Position numbers and translations under genes: made by a program
Part shown: positions 42,388 to 52,205 of the stretch, piece after piece
Layout: each line of letters opens with the position of its first letter
How positions within the stretch are numbered: position 1 is the stretch's first letter
Notes under the pieces: model-generated
Database searches by the model: none
What the model saw: only the letters and a program-made list of their open reading frames with translations
What the model was told of the DNA's origin: nothing
DNA from: Alphaproteobacteria bacterium
GTDB taxonomy: Bacteria > Pseudomonadota > Alphaproteobacteria > JASGCL01
Assembly: GCA_965203915.1 (NCBI GenBank)
Contig: OZ241918.1
Span: 430,642-494,641 of the forward strand
Length of the DNA stretch: 64,000 nt
Direction of reading: 5' to 3'

Positions 42388-42430
42388 GGTTAGGAAAGTT
42401 TTTTAATGTTAGGGTTAGGAAAGTTTTTTA
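42381..42430. repeat. 25-bp perfect tandem duplication (atgttagggttaggaaagtttttta x2) spanning the sdaA stop codon
   Basis: Read directly. The second copy supplies the apparent ATG of the next ORF. Confidence 0.9.
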
Positions 42431-44277
42431 GAGAGAGACAAAGCCTGATGGCACAGCGACAAAAGACCAAGCCTAAAAATTGGTATGGCAAGTACACCGC
42501 CGCGATGATTTTTATTGTCATGGTGGTGGTAAGTTTTTCTTCTTTCTATAAAAATACTTTTCATATCGCACCACCCATTTTTTTTCAGCAATTTGGCAGT
42601 GATAATGAAGACAACCTTGTTTTGGGAAGGATATTGGCAGATAAATTCGACATACCCATGGCAACATTTGGCATGACATTGTTGATGTTGCCGCAGGTGC
42701 GGACGCCAAACTTGCAGACTACCGATAAATCACCACCAGCAAAAGATATTGTTCGCACCGATTCCCCAGGTAATTTTTGGGCGATGGATTCATGGCATGG
42801 TTTGGCATTTAATATTTTGCAAAATAATAATAAAATGGATGATATTGTTTTGCTTGGCAACAATATCAATTTTATTAATCAAGCGTTGGATATTGTTGCC
42901 ATAAGCGTTAATAAAATTAAGGTGGATGATAATCATTATTGGGTTTCAAGCAGTGATAATCGTTATGATTTTCACTATGGCTACGATTCGCTGCCCGCGG
43001 CTAAAAAATATATTACCAATTATAGCGGACGCAACCTATCAATTGGCCAATATAAAACCATGGTTTATTATATTGATAACAATGATCCTACTAAAACCGT
43101 TATTGTTACAAGCCTGCCCCGAGCAGCGATTGATAAAATTGATAAACATAGATTTTCGGTTATCATTTCTGGGCAACCCGTAACCGCGGTTGATATCAAA
43201 AAAAATATTCGTTTTGAACCCTACCAAAGCAGCGTCGGGTGGGAAGCCTATGCGGTATCTAGCCTGTATAAATATTTGGGTAATAATTTAAAACATGTGC
43301 AGAAGGTCGAAGCAATGTTATCGGCCATCACGCTGATAATATTAGTTTTTTTATATTACCGTGGTGCTATTTTTCCTAAGGGCTTTGCTGTCATGTTTTT
43401 TTTGACTTTGTTTCTATCGCCCATGTTTACGGCGATGGCGCATAATTTGTATTTCGCGCCTTTTTCATTTTTTCTGCCCGCGATTTTTGCTCTATGCTAT
43501 ATAACGGCTCAATCGGTCGGGGCGCAATGGTCATGGTTGTTATTAACCTACGTGGCATTTGTCATCAGGTTTGGTGGCATGCAATATGATTTTACGCCCA
43601 GTATTATTTTATTGGCGATGGCGCCCACCCTCTATCAATTTTTTGTTGCTAAAAACAAAATACAGCGGTGGCAAGCATGCCAGCAATTTTTTATGATATG
43701 GTTGATGGGGGTTATGGGATTTATCAGTATCATGTTGTGGCAGGCCAACCTAAGAGGTGATGGCAATGTATGGCAAGGTTTATTATTTATTTTTCAAGAC
43801 GAGATAGCGCGAAGGGTTTACCCAGTTGTGCATTTCAACAATGTTGCTGAATATGATATTTCGGCCAAGGCTTCTTATCTATCGGTGTTAAAGATTTACT
43901 TTTTTCATTGGTGGCAAGATATCATTGTTGGCATTCATGGCCGATGGTTTCCATGGTTATTTTGTTGGTCATTGCTAACGGTTGTCGTCAGTTATTTCTT
44001 AAAGCCCTTGCAATCCAGAAAAAATATTTATACGGGATTATTTTTTGCTTTTTTGTCTATTCCTCTCTCGTGGTATATTTTGGCCAAACCTCATGCTTAT
44101 ATCCATACTCATTATTGTTTTATTTTATGGTCGCTGGGTTTTGTGGCGGCCATGTTTACTATTATTATTGATGCTATAAGACATTACTTTAACCTGAATA
44201 TTTCTCTTTCATTTTCAATTGCCAAAAAAAAATATCATTTGCAATTCGCAATAAATAATCATAAGAATCCAAAATAG
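42406..44277 (+). CDS. Large polytopic membrane protein, hypothetical; candidate polyprenyl-phosphate-sugar-dependent (GT-C-like) glycosyltransferase. Probable start 42448
   Basis: 623 aa. N-terminal TM, a ~240-aa soluble domain, then 10 or more TM helices. Low GC. Heads a low-GC locus with UbiA/SDR/GMC genes. Confidence 0.45.
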   Translation: MLGLGKFFRERQSLMAQRQKTKPKNWYGKYTAAMIFIVMVVVSFSSFYKNTFHIAPPIFFQQFGSDNEDNLVLGRILADKFDIPMATFGMTLLMLPQVRTPNLQTTDKSPPAKDIVRTDSPGNFWAMDSWHGLAFNILQNNNKMDDIVLLGNNINFINQALDIVAISVNKIKVDDNHYWVSSSDNRYDFHYGYDSLPAAKKYITNYSGRNLSIGQYKTMVYYIDNNDPTKTVIVTSLPRAAIDKIDKHRFSVIISGQPVTAVDIKKNIRFEPYQSSVGWEAYAVSSLYKYLGNNLKHVQKVEAMLSAITLIILVFLYYRGAIFPKGFAVMFFLTLFLSPMFTAMAHNLYFAPFSFFLPAIFALCYITAQSVGAQWSWLLLTYVAFVIRFGGMQYDFTPSIILLAMAPTLYQFFVAKNKIQRWQACQQFFMIWLMGVMGFISIMLWQANLRGDGNVWQGLLFIFQDEIARRVYPVVHFNNVAEYDISAKASYLSVLKIYFFHWWQDIIVGIHGRWFPWLFCWSLLTVVVSYFLKPLQSRKNIYTGLFFAFLSIPLSWYILAKPHAYIHTHYCFILWSLGFVAAMFTIIIDAIRHYFNLNISLSFSIAKKKYHLQFAINNHKNPK

Positions 44278-44288
44278 CCACAGATTGA

Positions 44289-44894
44289 ATGACAAAGATA
44301 ATTTTTACTATATTTTTTTACGCGCTGGCTGCGCTTGCTGGTTTTGGATTTTATGTTTTGGGTATGAATCTGTTTTTCTCAGCCGGTAAGGATATTTTGT
44401 TCTATCGCGGGCTAGAAATTATTGTTGTTAGCATGGCTATGGTGTTGTTTTGCCTTTTGCTGATAGCGCGTATGAAATTTCAATTTATTAAGAACAAACA
44501 GCAGAGAAGGGCATCATTACAATTTGTACAGGAATTGAAGAGTCAGGTTGTTGCTATTGCTTTGATAAGCGGATTATTGAATCTATGGTTTCATTCCTTG
44601 ATACTTGTAAATTTGGACCGATCGATAAGCGTGTTTTTGTTGGGATACATGAATAACGTTAACAAACCTGTAAGCGAAATTGATTTGCAAACAGCATTTG
44701 ATAATTATTATGTCAAAAATTATAAGGCTATTGGTCGTCGCATCGATGAACAGCTAGCTAGCGGCATGATAACTATTGGCAATGATAATAAAATGACCTT
44801 AACCAATAAAGCTCAAAATTTTCTTATTCTTTCCACTTGGATAACCAATGTTTTTCATAGCGATAGTAGGTTTGTTAATCCTGTCCTTAAATAA
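44289..44894 (+). CDS. Small membrane protein, hypothetical
   Basis: 201 aa with 3-4 TM helices. AT-rich. Confidence 0.45.
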   Translation: MTKIIFTIFFYALAALAGFGFYVLGMNLFFSAGKDILFYRGLEIIVVSMAMVLFCLLLIARMKFQFIKNKQQRRASLQFVQELKSQVVAIALISGLLNLWFHSLILVNLDRSISVFLLGYMNNVNKPVSEIDLQTAFDNYYVKNYKAIGRRIDEQLASGMITIGNDNKMTLTNKAQNFLILSTWITNVFHSDSRFVNPVLK

Positions 44895-44923
44895 ATAAAT
44901 CTGTTAATAATAAAAAAAGGATA

Positions 44924-45976
44924 ATGGGGTATAAAAAGATGAGTAAAAATATACATTTGATAACTGGCGGCGCAGGCTTCGTTGGTATTAATATTGCCAA
45001 GCAATTAATAGCGGCCAAAGAAACGGTCATTATAACCGATGTTTGGCAACCCGATAACAAACCAAAGAATTTCGAATATCTTGATGTCACCGATCGGACG
45101 GCGGTTGATAAATTGTTAAAACATGTGACCCATGTTCACCACAATGCCGCCTTGGTGCCCTTAACGAAAGCAGGAAAAAGATTTCAGGAGGTTAATGTGG
45201 GTGGCACAAGAAATGTCATTGACATGGCATTAAAACATAAAATAAAAATGTTGTGTCATATGTCATCCTCGGCCATTTATGGCATTCCAGAAAATTGTCC
45301 CATTCCTGCCGATACCCCGTTGCAACCTGTAGAGATCTATGGCAGGTCGAAGGCCCTGGCCGATAAAATGGTGCAGCAAGCCATGAAGGATGGCATGCCA
45401 GCATGCTCCATCAGGCCCCGCACTATCATTGGTCAAGAGCGGCTTGGTATATTTGAAATATTATTTAATTGGATTAAAGACAACGCCAATATTTTTATTT
45501 TGGGTAAAGGCGATAATTTATTCCAATTCGTCCATATTGATGATATTGCCAGCGTCAGTGTCAAGGCAGCGTTATTAGAAAAATCGGGATTATTTAATGT
45601 TGGGGCAGAACCCTATGGCAGCTTGCGCCATGATCTAGAAAAATTTATCAAAACGGTGGGCTCCAAATCAAAAGTTATTTCCTTGCCAATTGGTCTGGCG
45701 CAGGCAGCTTTGACGATTGCTGACAAATTGCGCTTGTCGCCCCTGGCTCCTTTTCATTATGCATCTTATCATAAAGATTTTTATTATGAACCCATCCATA
45801 TTACCAAAGCATTGGGATGGAAACCAAAATATGGTAACGTAGAAATGATGGTGGAATCTTATCAATGGTATATCAAGAATTTTTCTTACGGTAATAAAAA
45901 AAATGCTTCGATCCATCGCAAGCCCGTTGCAAAAGGCATATTGGCTATTGCCAAACAGGTATCAAAAATTTTTTAG
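44924..45976 (+). CDS. NAD-dependent epimerase/dehydratase (extended SDR)
   Basis: 350 aa. Glycine-rich motif ITGGAGFVG. Catalytic YGRSK. Confidence 0.8.
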   Translation: MGYKKMSKNIHLITGGAGFVGINIAKQLIAAKETVIITDVWQPDNKPKNFEYLDVTDRTAVDKLLKHVTHVHHNAALVPLTKAGKRFQEVNVGGTRNVIDMALKHKIKMLCHMSSSAIYGIPENCPIPADTPLQPVEIYGRSKALADKMVQQAMKDGMPACSIRPRTIIGQERLGIFEILFNWIKDNANIFILGKGDNLFQFVHIDDIASVSVKAALLEKSGLFNVGAEPYGSLRHDLEKFIKTVGSKSKVISLPIGLAQAALTIADKLRLSPLAPFHYASYHKDFYYEPIHITKALGWKPKYGNVEMMVESYQWYIKNFSYGNKKNASIHRKPVAKGILAIAKQVSKIF

Positions 45977-45985
45977 ATTAAGAAA

Positions 45986-46255
45986 ATGATATTTGTAGAA
46001 ACCATGTTGCGGCAAGCCCTGCCCAAAGAATTTCAAGCCAGCATTCGCCCTCGGCAGATTAATTTTGTGAGGGCGGCATTAAAAAATGCGCCATTTCATG
46101 TCAGGTGGGCCATTGTTGTTTTAACCATGATGTATTTACCATTTGTGTATATCGGTGCCAATCGATGGATAAAAAAATATTTTCATTATTTTCAATTGTT
46201 GGATAGGGTTTATAGATCCCTGGCTTTTCTTATTATTTACGAAGATAAAAAATGA
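45986..46255 (+). CDS. Small hypothetical protein with one TM helix, translationally coupled to the GMC oxidoreductase
   Basis: 89 aa. 4-bp overlap (ATGA) with the downstream gene. Confidence 0.35.
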   Translation: MIFVETMLRQALPKEFQASIRPRQINFVRAALKNAPFHVRWAIVVLTMMYLPFVYIGANRWIKKYFHYFQLLDRVYRSLAFLIIYEDKK

Positions 46256-47736
46256 ATCATTTTATTAATATCGATAACAAGACCAAGGTTTATAAAACCG
46301 ATGTTCTCATCGTTGGCTCGGGGGCGGGCGGTGCAACCATCGCCGATATGTTAACCAAGCAAGGTTTTGAAATTTTGATGTTGGAGGAAGGCGATAGTTA
46401 TCCCATTAAAGAATTAAAAAAACCCGAAGAAGTTTTTACAAAAATATGGCGACATTCGGGTTTGACAGCAACCTTGGGCAAACCCAATATTGCTTATGCC
46501 GAAGGCAAGGCGTTCGGCGGCTCAACCGAAATCAATTCGGCCATTTTCCAACGGCCATACGAGTCGGTTGTGCAAGATTGGCAAGACCAATATAAATTGG
46601 ACGATACCTGGAACCTAAAAAACATGAACAAATATTGGGATGATACCTTTGCCCAAATGAATGTTAGTTATCATGAAAAATACTATGCCGATACGACAAC
46701 CCTGATAGATGGCGCCAAAAAGATGGGCTACAAGAGCGAATATTTATCGGTGGCCATGAATGCCAAAGAAAAAGACGATAGAATTTACGGTTGCCCGGTT
46801 GTGGGCAAGCAATCGATGTCGAAAACGTTGTTGCCCGCCGCCATGAAGCGGGGGATGAAGGTTATCACCAACTGCAAACTTGATAAAATTATTTTCAAAG
46901 GCAAGCAAGCTACCCATGCCCACTGCCAAGTAAAAAAAGGAAACAAAAATATTAGTATCAAGGTAGAATTCAAATATATATTTTGTTGCGCGGGGGCAAC
47001 CAACACGCCGTTGATATTAAAAAGATCGGGCGTCAAGACCATGGATTTTAATAATTTCCAACTGCACCCGACCATGAAGGTTTTTGCTTTGTTTGATAAA
47101 AAAATACAAGATCCGCATTCTATCGTCGCGGCAAGTTATATATCAGAATTTATGCCGAACATACGCATCGCGGGTTCGGTTGTTACCAAAGGTTTTGTTG
47201 GCATGGCCCTGGCCAATAATTATCATCATACCAAACCATTTTTGGACAATATGGAAAATGTAGGGTCATATTATGTTATGATAAAGCCGTTCTCCAAGGG
47301 GCATTTTCGTTTTCTGCCTTTTGCCAATCAATGGATGGATAGTCCGTTGATAGATTACAAATTGACCGATTGGGATTTTGAGCATTTTAAAAAAGGCCTT
47401 ACCTACTTAACAAACACAATGTTTGCCGCGGGGGCAAAAATTATCATGCCCGATATTGCCAATCACGGTGGTTGGCGGTCCATGACAGATTTTAAAAAAG
47501 ATATGTCGCGCACCGCGCAATATAATTTAATGTCGGTGCATTTAATGGCGTCCTGCCCGCCGAGCGGGGTAAAAAACCTTGGGGTGACAAATCCTGAAGG
47601 TCGGGTATGGGGCTATGACAATTTTTATATTGCTGATGCGTCACAAATACCCACGGCGCTTGGTTGCAACCCCCAGGCAACGGTGATGGCCATTGCCAAA
47701 AAATACGCAACCCAGTTTGTTGCCCATTATAAATAA
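46252..47736 (+). CDS. GMC-family FAD-dependent oxidoreductase
   Basis: 494 aa. N-terminal FAD motif VLIVGSGAGGATIA. GMC-like C-terminus. Confidence 0.75.
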   Translation: MNHFINIDNKTKVYKTDVLIVGSGAGGATIADMLTKQGFEILMLEEGDSYPIKELKKPEEVFTKIWRHSGLTATLGKPNIAYAEGKAFGGSTEINSAIFQRPYESVVQDWQDQYKLDDTWNLKNMNKYWDDTFAQMNVSYHEKYYADTTTLIDGAKKMGYKSEYLSVAMNAKEKDDRIYGCPVVGKQSMSKTLLPAAMKRGMKVITNCKLDKIIFKGKQATHAHCQVKKGNKNISIKVEFKYIFCCAGATNTPLILKRSGVKTMDFNNFQLHPTMKVFALFDKKIQDPHSIVAASYISEFMPNIRIAGSVVTKGFVGMALANNYHHTKPFLDNMENVGSYYVMIKPFSKGHFRFLPFANQWMDSPLIDYKLTDWDFEHFKKGLTYLTNTMFAAGAKIIMPDIANHGGWRSMTDFKKDMSRTAQYNLMSVHLMASCPPSGVKNLGVTNPEGRVWGYDNFYIADASQIPTALGCNPQATVMAIAKKYATQFVAHYK

Positions 47737-47737
47737 A

Positions 47738-48604
47738 TTAACCGTTTGCTAAGCAAAATAAAGTAGCCATAAGCAAAAACGCCAGCCAGCTTGCTTTGTC
47801 ACGCGCCACAAACAAGATAGGATCTTGCTTAATGTTGCCCCGCGCGGTTAAAAGCCACAGGCGCGATACCCAATATAAAATAACAAAACCACAAGGCCAC
47901 AGGTAGTAAGGCTTGCTGTAATATTGATAAACCAAATTAATTTTTTCGGTATAAAGCAAAAAGATTAAGGCCGATGTGTAGCCCGCGGCCACGCCAAAAA
48001 ATGATAACATGGTTTTATCGCTCGCCATGTAGGCACGACCATATTGTTTGTTGGAAATATTTAATTCGCTATAACGTTTAATAAGCGAAAGACTTAAAAA
48101 CAAGAACATCGAAAAAGATAACAGCCAAAATGAAATATCGGCCTGGACGGCAACCGTTCCCAGCAAAAGGCGTAAGGTATAAAAACAGGCGAGGGTTATA
48201 ACATCAACCATCATTATTTTTTTTAAGTAATAAGAATAAAGCAAGGTAAGCAATATATAAAAACATAGGGTGCTGACAAACATGTTTGTAAAATGATTGA
48301 TGTGGGTTAAAATAGCCGCCAAACCCAATAAAAAAAATATCATCAATACCCCATGTTGCCAGGGTACTTTACCCGAGGCAATGGCACGGTATTTTTTGGT
48401 AGCATGTTGTCTATCTTGCTTGATATCAATAATATCATTGCTGATATAAACCGCTGACGCAACCAAACAAAAAATAAAAAAACTTGTTAGGCTCAATATG
48501 ATATTATGAATATCATTATATTGATGAGATAAAAAAAGCGGCACCAATATTAAAGAATTTTTTAACCATTGGTGTGGTCGCAACATTTTAAGATACCATA
48601 TCAT
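47738..48604 (-). CDS. UbiA-family prenyltransferase resembling polyprenyl-phosphate 5-phosphoribosyltransferase (DPPR synthase type)
   Basis: Multi-TM. Asp-rich motif NDIIDIKQDRQHATKKYRAIASG. ORF extends to 48712. Confidence 0.65.
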   Translation of the reverse strand: MIWYLKMLRPHQWLKNSLILVPLFLSHQYNDIHNIILSLTSFFIFCLVASAVYISNDIIDIKQDRQHATKKYRAIASGKVPWQHGVLMIFFLLGLAAILTHINHFTNMFVSTLCFYILLTLLYSYYLKKIMMVDVITLACFYTLRLLLGTVAVQADISFWLLSFSMFLFLSLSLIKRYSELNISNKQYGRAYMASDKTMLSFFGVAAGYTSALIFLLYTEKINLVYQYYSKPYYLWPCGFVILYWVSRLWLLTARGNIKQDPILFVARDKASWLAFLLMATLFCLANG

Positions 48605-48787
48605 GCACTGTAAATAGTATATTTTTTTATTGTAAGCAATTTTTAATTTGCTTGGGGCTATGTTTTTTATGGTGGAGTTGGCTACTTGGCAACCACAAAC
48701 CCGATGATTCATTCATTCTTGACATGGTTGTTTGTTGCTAGTATCTATTTTTCTAATTAAAATAGGAACAACCATAGCATTATCGTA

Positions 48788-50557
48788 ATGACCAAACATA
48801 TCAATGGCGCGCAAATTTTACTGCAAGTTTTAAAAGAACAAGGCGTAGACACCGTTTTTGGTTATCCTGGCGGGGCGGTTTTGCCTATCTACGACGAATT
48901 GTTTCAGCAAAATCATATACGCCATATTTTGGTAAGGCAGGAAGGCGGCGCGGCCCACGCGGCAGAGGGTTATGCCCGTTCGACAGGAAAACCAGGCGTT
49001 CTCTTGGTAACATCGGGGCCAGGGGCGACCAATGTGATAACGGGGTTGACCGACGCCTTGATGGATTCTATCCCGATTATTTGTATCACGGGCCAGGTGC
49101 CAGCCCATTTAATTGGCTCCGATGCTTTTCAAGAATGCGACACCACGGGAATCACCCGCCCCTGCACCAAGCATAATTATTTGGTAAGAAAAGTTGAAGA
49201 TTTATCGCGCGTGCTGCACCAGGCATTTTATATCGCCACCGCGGGTCGCCCAGGGCCAGTGTTGATAGATATTCCCAAAGATGTACAATTTGCATCCACC
49301 GAATATAAAAGCTTTAAAGACAAGCCTCACCCCAGTTACCAACCACAAACCCAACCCGATGTGACCAAAATTAAAATCGCGGCCGATATGTTGTGGCGTG
49401 CAAAAAAACCAATTATTTATGGCGGCGGCGGGCTTATTAATTCGGGGGGGCATTCTTCGAACTTGTTAAGGGAAATAGTTGCCTTGCGGCAATTTCCTAT
49501 CACCCTAACCTTGATGGGGTTGGGGGCATTTCCTGCTAGCGATAAAAATTTTGTCGGCATGTTGGGGATGCACGGCACTTACGAAGCCAATTGGGCGATG
49601 CACGATTGCGATGTTATGTTATGCGTCGGGGCGCGGTTTGATGACCGCATAACGGGCAAGTTGGATGCTTTCTCACCCCACAGCAAAAAAATTCATATCG
49701 ATATTGACAGCAGCAGTTTTAACAAAACGGTGGAGGTTGACCTAAGCATCTTGGCCGATTGCGAGGCAGCCTTGCAAATGTTGCGCGATGAATTGTTAAT
49801 CCTGGCCAAGAAAGAAAAAGCCCCCGACCTGACACCATGGTGGCAAGAAATAAATAGCTGGCGCGCAAAAAAATGCCTGGCCTATAAAAACAGCGACGAT
49901 GTTATCAAACCGCAACATGCCCTGGAACGTTTGCAACAAAAAATAAAATCGCGCGATTATATTATTTCGACCGAGGTTGGCCAGCACCAAATGTGGGCCG
50001 CGCAATATATTGGTTTTGATAAACCCAATCGCTGGTTAACATCGGGCGGGCTTGGCACCATGGGTTATGGTTTGCCCGCGGCCATTGGTGCGCAATTGGG
50101 CAACCCTGACAAATTGGTGATAGATGTCGCGGGCGAAGGTTCCATTTTGATGAATATTCAGGAAATGGCGACCGCCAAACAATATCGTTTGCCCGTGAAG
50201 GTTTTTATTTTGAACAACGAATATTTGGGTATGGTGCGGCAGTGGCAAGAATTGTTGCATGGTGGTCGTTATTCCGAAAGTTATTCTGACTCCTTGCCCG
50301 ATTTTGTTAAATTGGCGGAAAGTTTTGGTTGGTTGGGGTTGCGTGTTGAACACCCCAAACAACTTGATGCGATGATAGACAAAATGTTGGCGCACCCTGG
50401 CCCCGTGATGGTGGATGTTTGTATTGACCCCATGGAAAATTGCTACCCCATGATACCGTCGGGCAAGCCCCATAATGAAATGTTGCTGGCGCCTGAGGGT
50501 AATCAACCTGGGCTCGGCGGTCAAATTATCGATAAAGCAGGAAAAACATTGGTTTAA
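48788..50557 (+). CDS. ilvB: Acetolactate synthase large subunit (biosynthetic type)
   Basis: 589 aa. ThDP enzyme with N-terminus [30 protein letters not shown]. Confidence 0.93.
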   Translation: MTKHINGAQILLQVLKEQGVDTVFGYPGGAVLPIYDELFQQNHIRHILVRQEGGAAHAAEGYARSTGKPGVLLVTSGPGATNVITGLTDALMDSIPIICITGQVPAHLIGSDAFQECDTTGITRPCTKHNYLVRKVEDLSRVLHQAFYIATAGRPGPVLIDIPKDVQFASTEYKSFKDKPHPSYQPQTQPDVTKIKIAADMLWRAKKPIIYGGGGLINSGGHSSNLLREIVALRQFPITLTLMGLGAFPASDKNFVGMLGMHGTYEANWAMHDCDVMLCVGARFDDRITGKLDAFSPHSKKIHIDIDSSSFNKTVEVDLSILADCEAALQMLRDELLILAKKEKAPDLTPWWQEINSWRAKKCLAYKNSDDVIKPQHALERLQQKIKSRDYIISTEVGQHQMWAAQYIGFDKPNRWLTSGGLGTMGYGLPAAIGAQLGNPDKLVIDVAGEGSILMNIQEMATAKQYRLPVKVFILNNEYLGMVRQWQELLHGGRYSESYSDSLPDFVKLAESFGWLGLRVEHPKQLDAMIDKMLAHPGPVMVDVCIDPMENCYPMIPSGKPHNEMLLAPEGNQPGLGGQIIDKAGKTLV

Positions 50558-50581
50558 TGATTACATAACTGGATAAAAAAA

Positions 50582-51172
50582 ATGGCAAGCGCAAAAAAAA
50601 ATATTGAAAACGACACGCCGCCAGCCTCGGCCTATGAAATAAGCGACGAAAAAAGCAGGTCGCGATTTCACACCCTGGCCGTGGTGGTGGATAATGAACC
50701 AGGCGTGTTGGCGCGGGTGGTTGGTTTGTTTTCGGGGCGTGGGTATAATATTGAAAGCCTTACCGTATCGCCCGTTAGCCAGCATCATCATTTGTCGCGC
50801 ATTACATTGCTGACATCGGGTACCGAAAAAACAATTCGCCAGATAAAAGCGCAATTGGCGCGGTTGATACCCGTGCATGAGGTGCATGATTTGACCACCG
50901 ATGGTAATTTTTTATCTGCTGAAGTGGTGTTGATAAAATTATTGGTGAATGGATCGATTGAAAAAATAGCTTCCCAAGTAGAAAAAAAAGGCGCGCAGGT
51001 GATAAAAAAAACATCAAGCGGTATCATTATTCAATATTCGGGCACCCCGCATGACATAGAACAATTTGTCAAATGGGTGCATGACATGGGCAAGGTTGAA
51101 TTGGTCAGGTCGGGCGTCATCGCCATTTCTACCGACTTAACATCCGAACATTTTATCAACAACGACGATTAA
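50582..51172 (+). CDS. ilvH: Acetolactate synthase small (regulatory) subunit
   Basis: 196 aa. ACT domain HTLAVVVDNEPGVLARVVGLFSGRGYNIESL. Confidence 0.9.
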   Translation: MASAKKNIENDTPPASAYEISDEKSRSRFHTLAVVVDNEPGVLARVVGLFSGRGYNIESLTVSPVSQHHHLSRITLLTSGTEKTIRQIKAQLARLIPVHEVHDLTTDGNFLSAEVVLIKLLVNGSIEKIASQVEKKGAQVIKKTSSGIIIQYSGTPHDIEQFVKWVHDMGKVELVRSGVIAISTDLTSEHFINNDD

Positions 51173-51296
51173 GCCTGTTGCTTATTTTTTTGGTGAAGCT
51201 TGAGGTGGCGAAATAGCCTAGGCCAGATACGCGAGCAAAGCACCTCTTATGGTTTTCTTGCGCTTTGTGCGGGGCTTTGATAAGGGATAATCAGAT

Positions 51297-51373
51297 GTTC
51301 CCGTAGCTCAGCTGGATAGAGCGTAGGATTCCTAATCCTAAGGCCGTTGGTTCGAATCCAATCGGGAACGCCA
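51297..51373 (+). tRNA. tRNA-Arg (anticodon CCU)
   Basis: Cloverleaf folded by hand: acceptor gttcccg/cgggaac, D-stem gctc/gagc, anticodon stem tagga/tccta with loop ttCCTaa, T-arm gttgg-ttcgaat-ccaat, 3' CCA encoded. Confidence 0.85.
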
Positions 51374-51447
51374 ACATCATCAGTTTTATTTTTTCATCGA
51401 CCAATTTGCTTGGTAATTTTATTTGGCGATATTCAAAAGAATATCGC

Positions 51448-51479
51448 GGGCCGTTGGTTCGAATTCCATCGGGAACGCC
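51448..51479 (+). repeat. Direct repeat of the 3' 32 nt of tRNA-Arg (30/32 identical), 75 bp downstream of the gene; att-site-like
   Basis: ggccgttggttcgaattccatcgggaacgcca versus tRNA 51342-51373 ggccgttggttcgaatccaatcgggaacgcca. Confidence 0.85.
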
Positions 51480-51609
51480 AAATACAAATACTCAACACCA
51501 TAAAAAAAACCATGTGCCAAAAGATAACGCGCACAAATGCGGGTTATTATTTGACAACATGGTAATTTTCAACCACAGCCGAAAAAAAAATTATCGGCTG
51601 GTCCTTTTG

Positions 51610-51843
51610 TTAGCTACCTTGAATTGGCGTTTTTGGCGCATTGTCAGATTTGGGCTTTGCTGGTTGGCTTTGCCGTTTTAAATGCGCGCAATTAAAGGGG
51701 GGCATGTTTTTGTTGCTTGATTCAACGGTAACTTCAGTTAAGGTTGGATTGGCGTTGCATTTGTCCAATGCTTGTTCTTTTAAGGTTTTTGAGCAACCTG
51801 TGACTAACAAAGCCACCGATGCTAAGAGAAACAATTTTTTCAT
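51610..51843 (-). CDS. Small predicted lipoprotein
   Basis: 77 aa. Signal peptide with lipobox LVTGC. Confidence 0.5.
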   Translation of the reverse strand: MKKLFLLASVALLVTGCSKTLKEQALDKCNANPTLTEVTVESSNKNMPPFNCAHLKRQSQPAKPKSDNAPKTPIQGS

Positions 51844-52205
51844 AATATCCTCCGTATTGATATTATTCAGGTTATAAGATTTTTTGACAATAAATATGCC
51901 GCAAAAAAATCACCCAAAGGGTGAATGTCCCTCCACGAACCTGTCCCTATATTGCCTGTCCCTATCTCGTTATTTAACATTATCTTTGTCTTTATGTCAA
52001 GGCAAATGCTAATCGACGGTTGCAACATTTTCATTGCTTATACTTGATTATTATAATTATTATTTTATAAATGGTGCATTTTTTCTGTTGACAACCCTGG
52101 CTATTTTCTTTTTATTGCGCCCTTTATATTCTATCCCGCTATTCTTCTTGTAATTTTGGGGGAACTGCTTTATTTTTGCGCCTTAATATCGGGGGGAAGG
52201 GTTTT

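Noticed and set aside
42406-42447. ATG at 42406 as the start of the 623-aa membrane protein
   Set aside because: That ATG is created by the second copy of a 25-bp tandem duplication of the sdaA terminus. A downstream start (42448) is more plausible.
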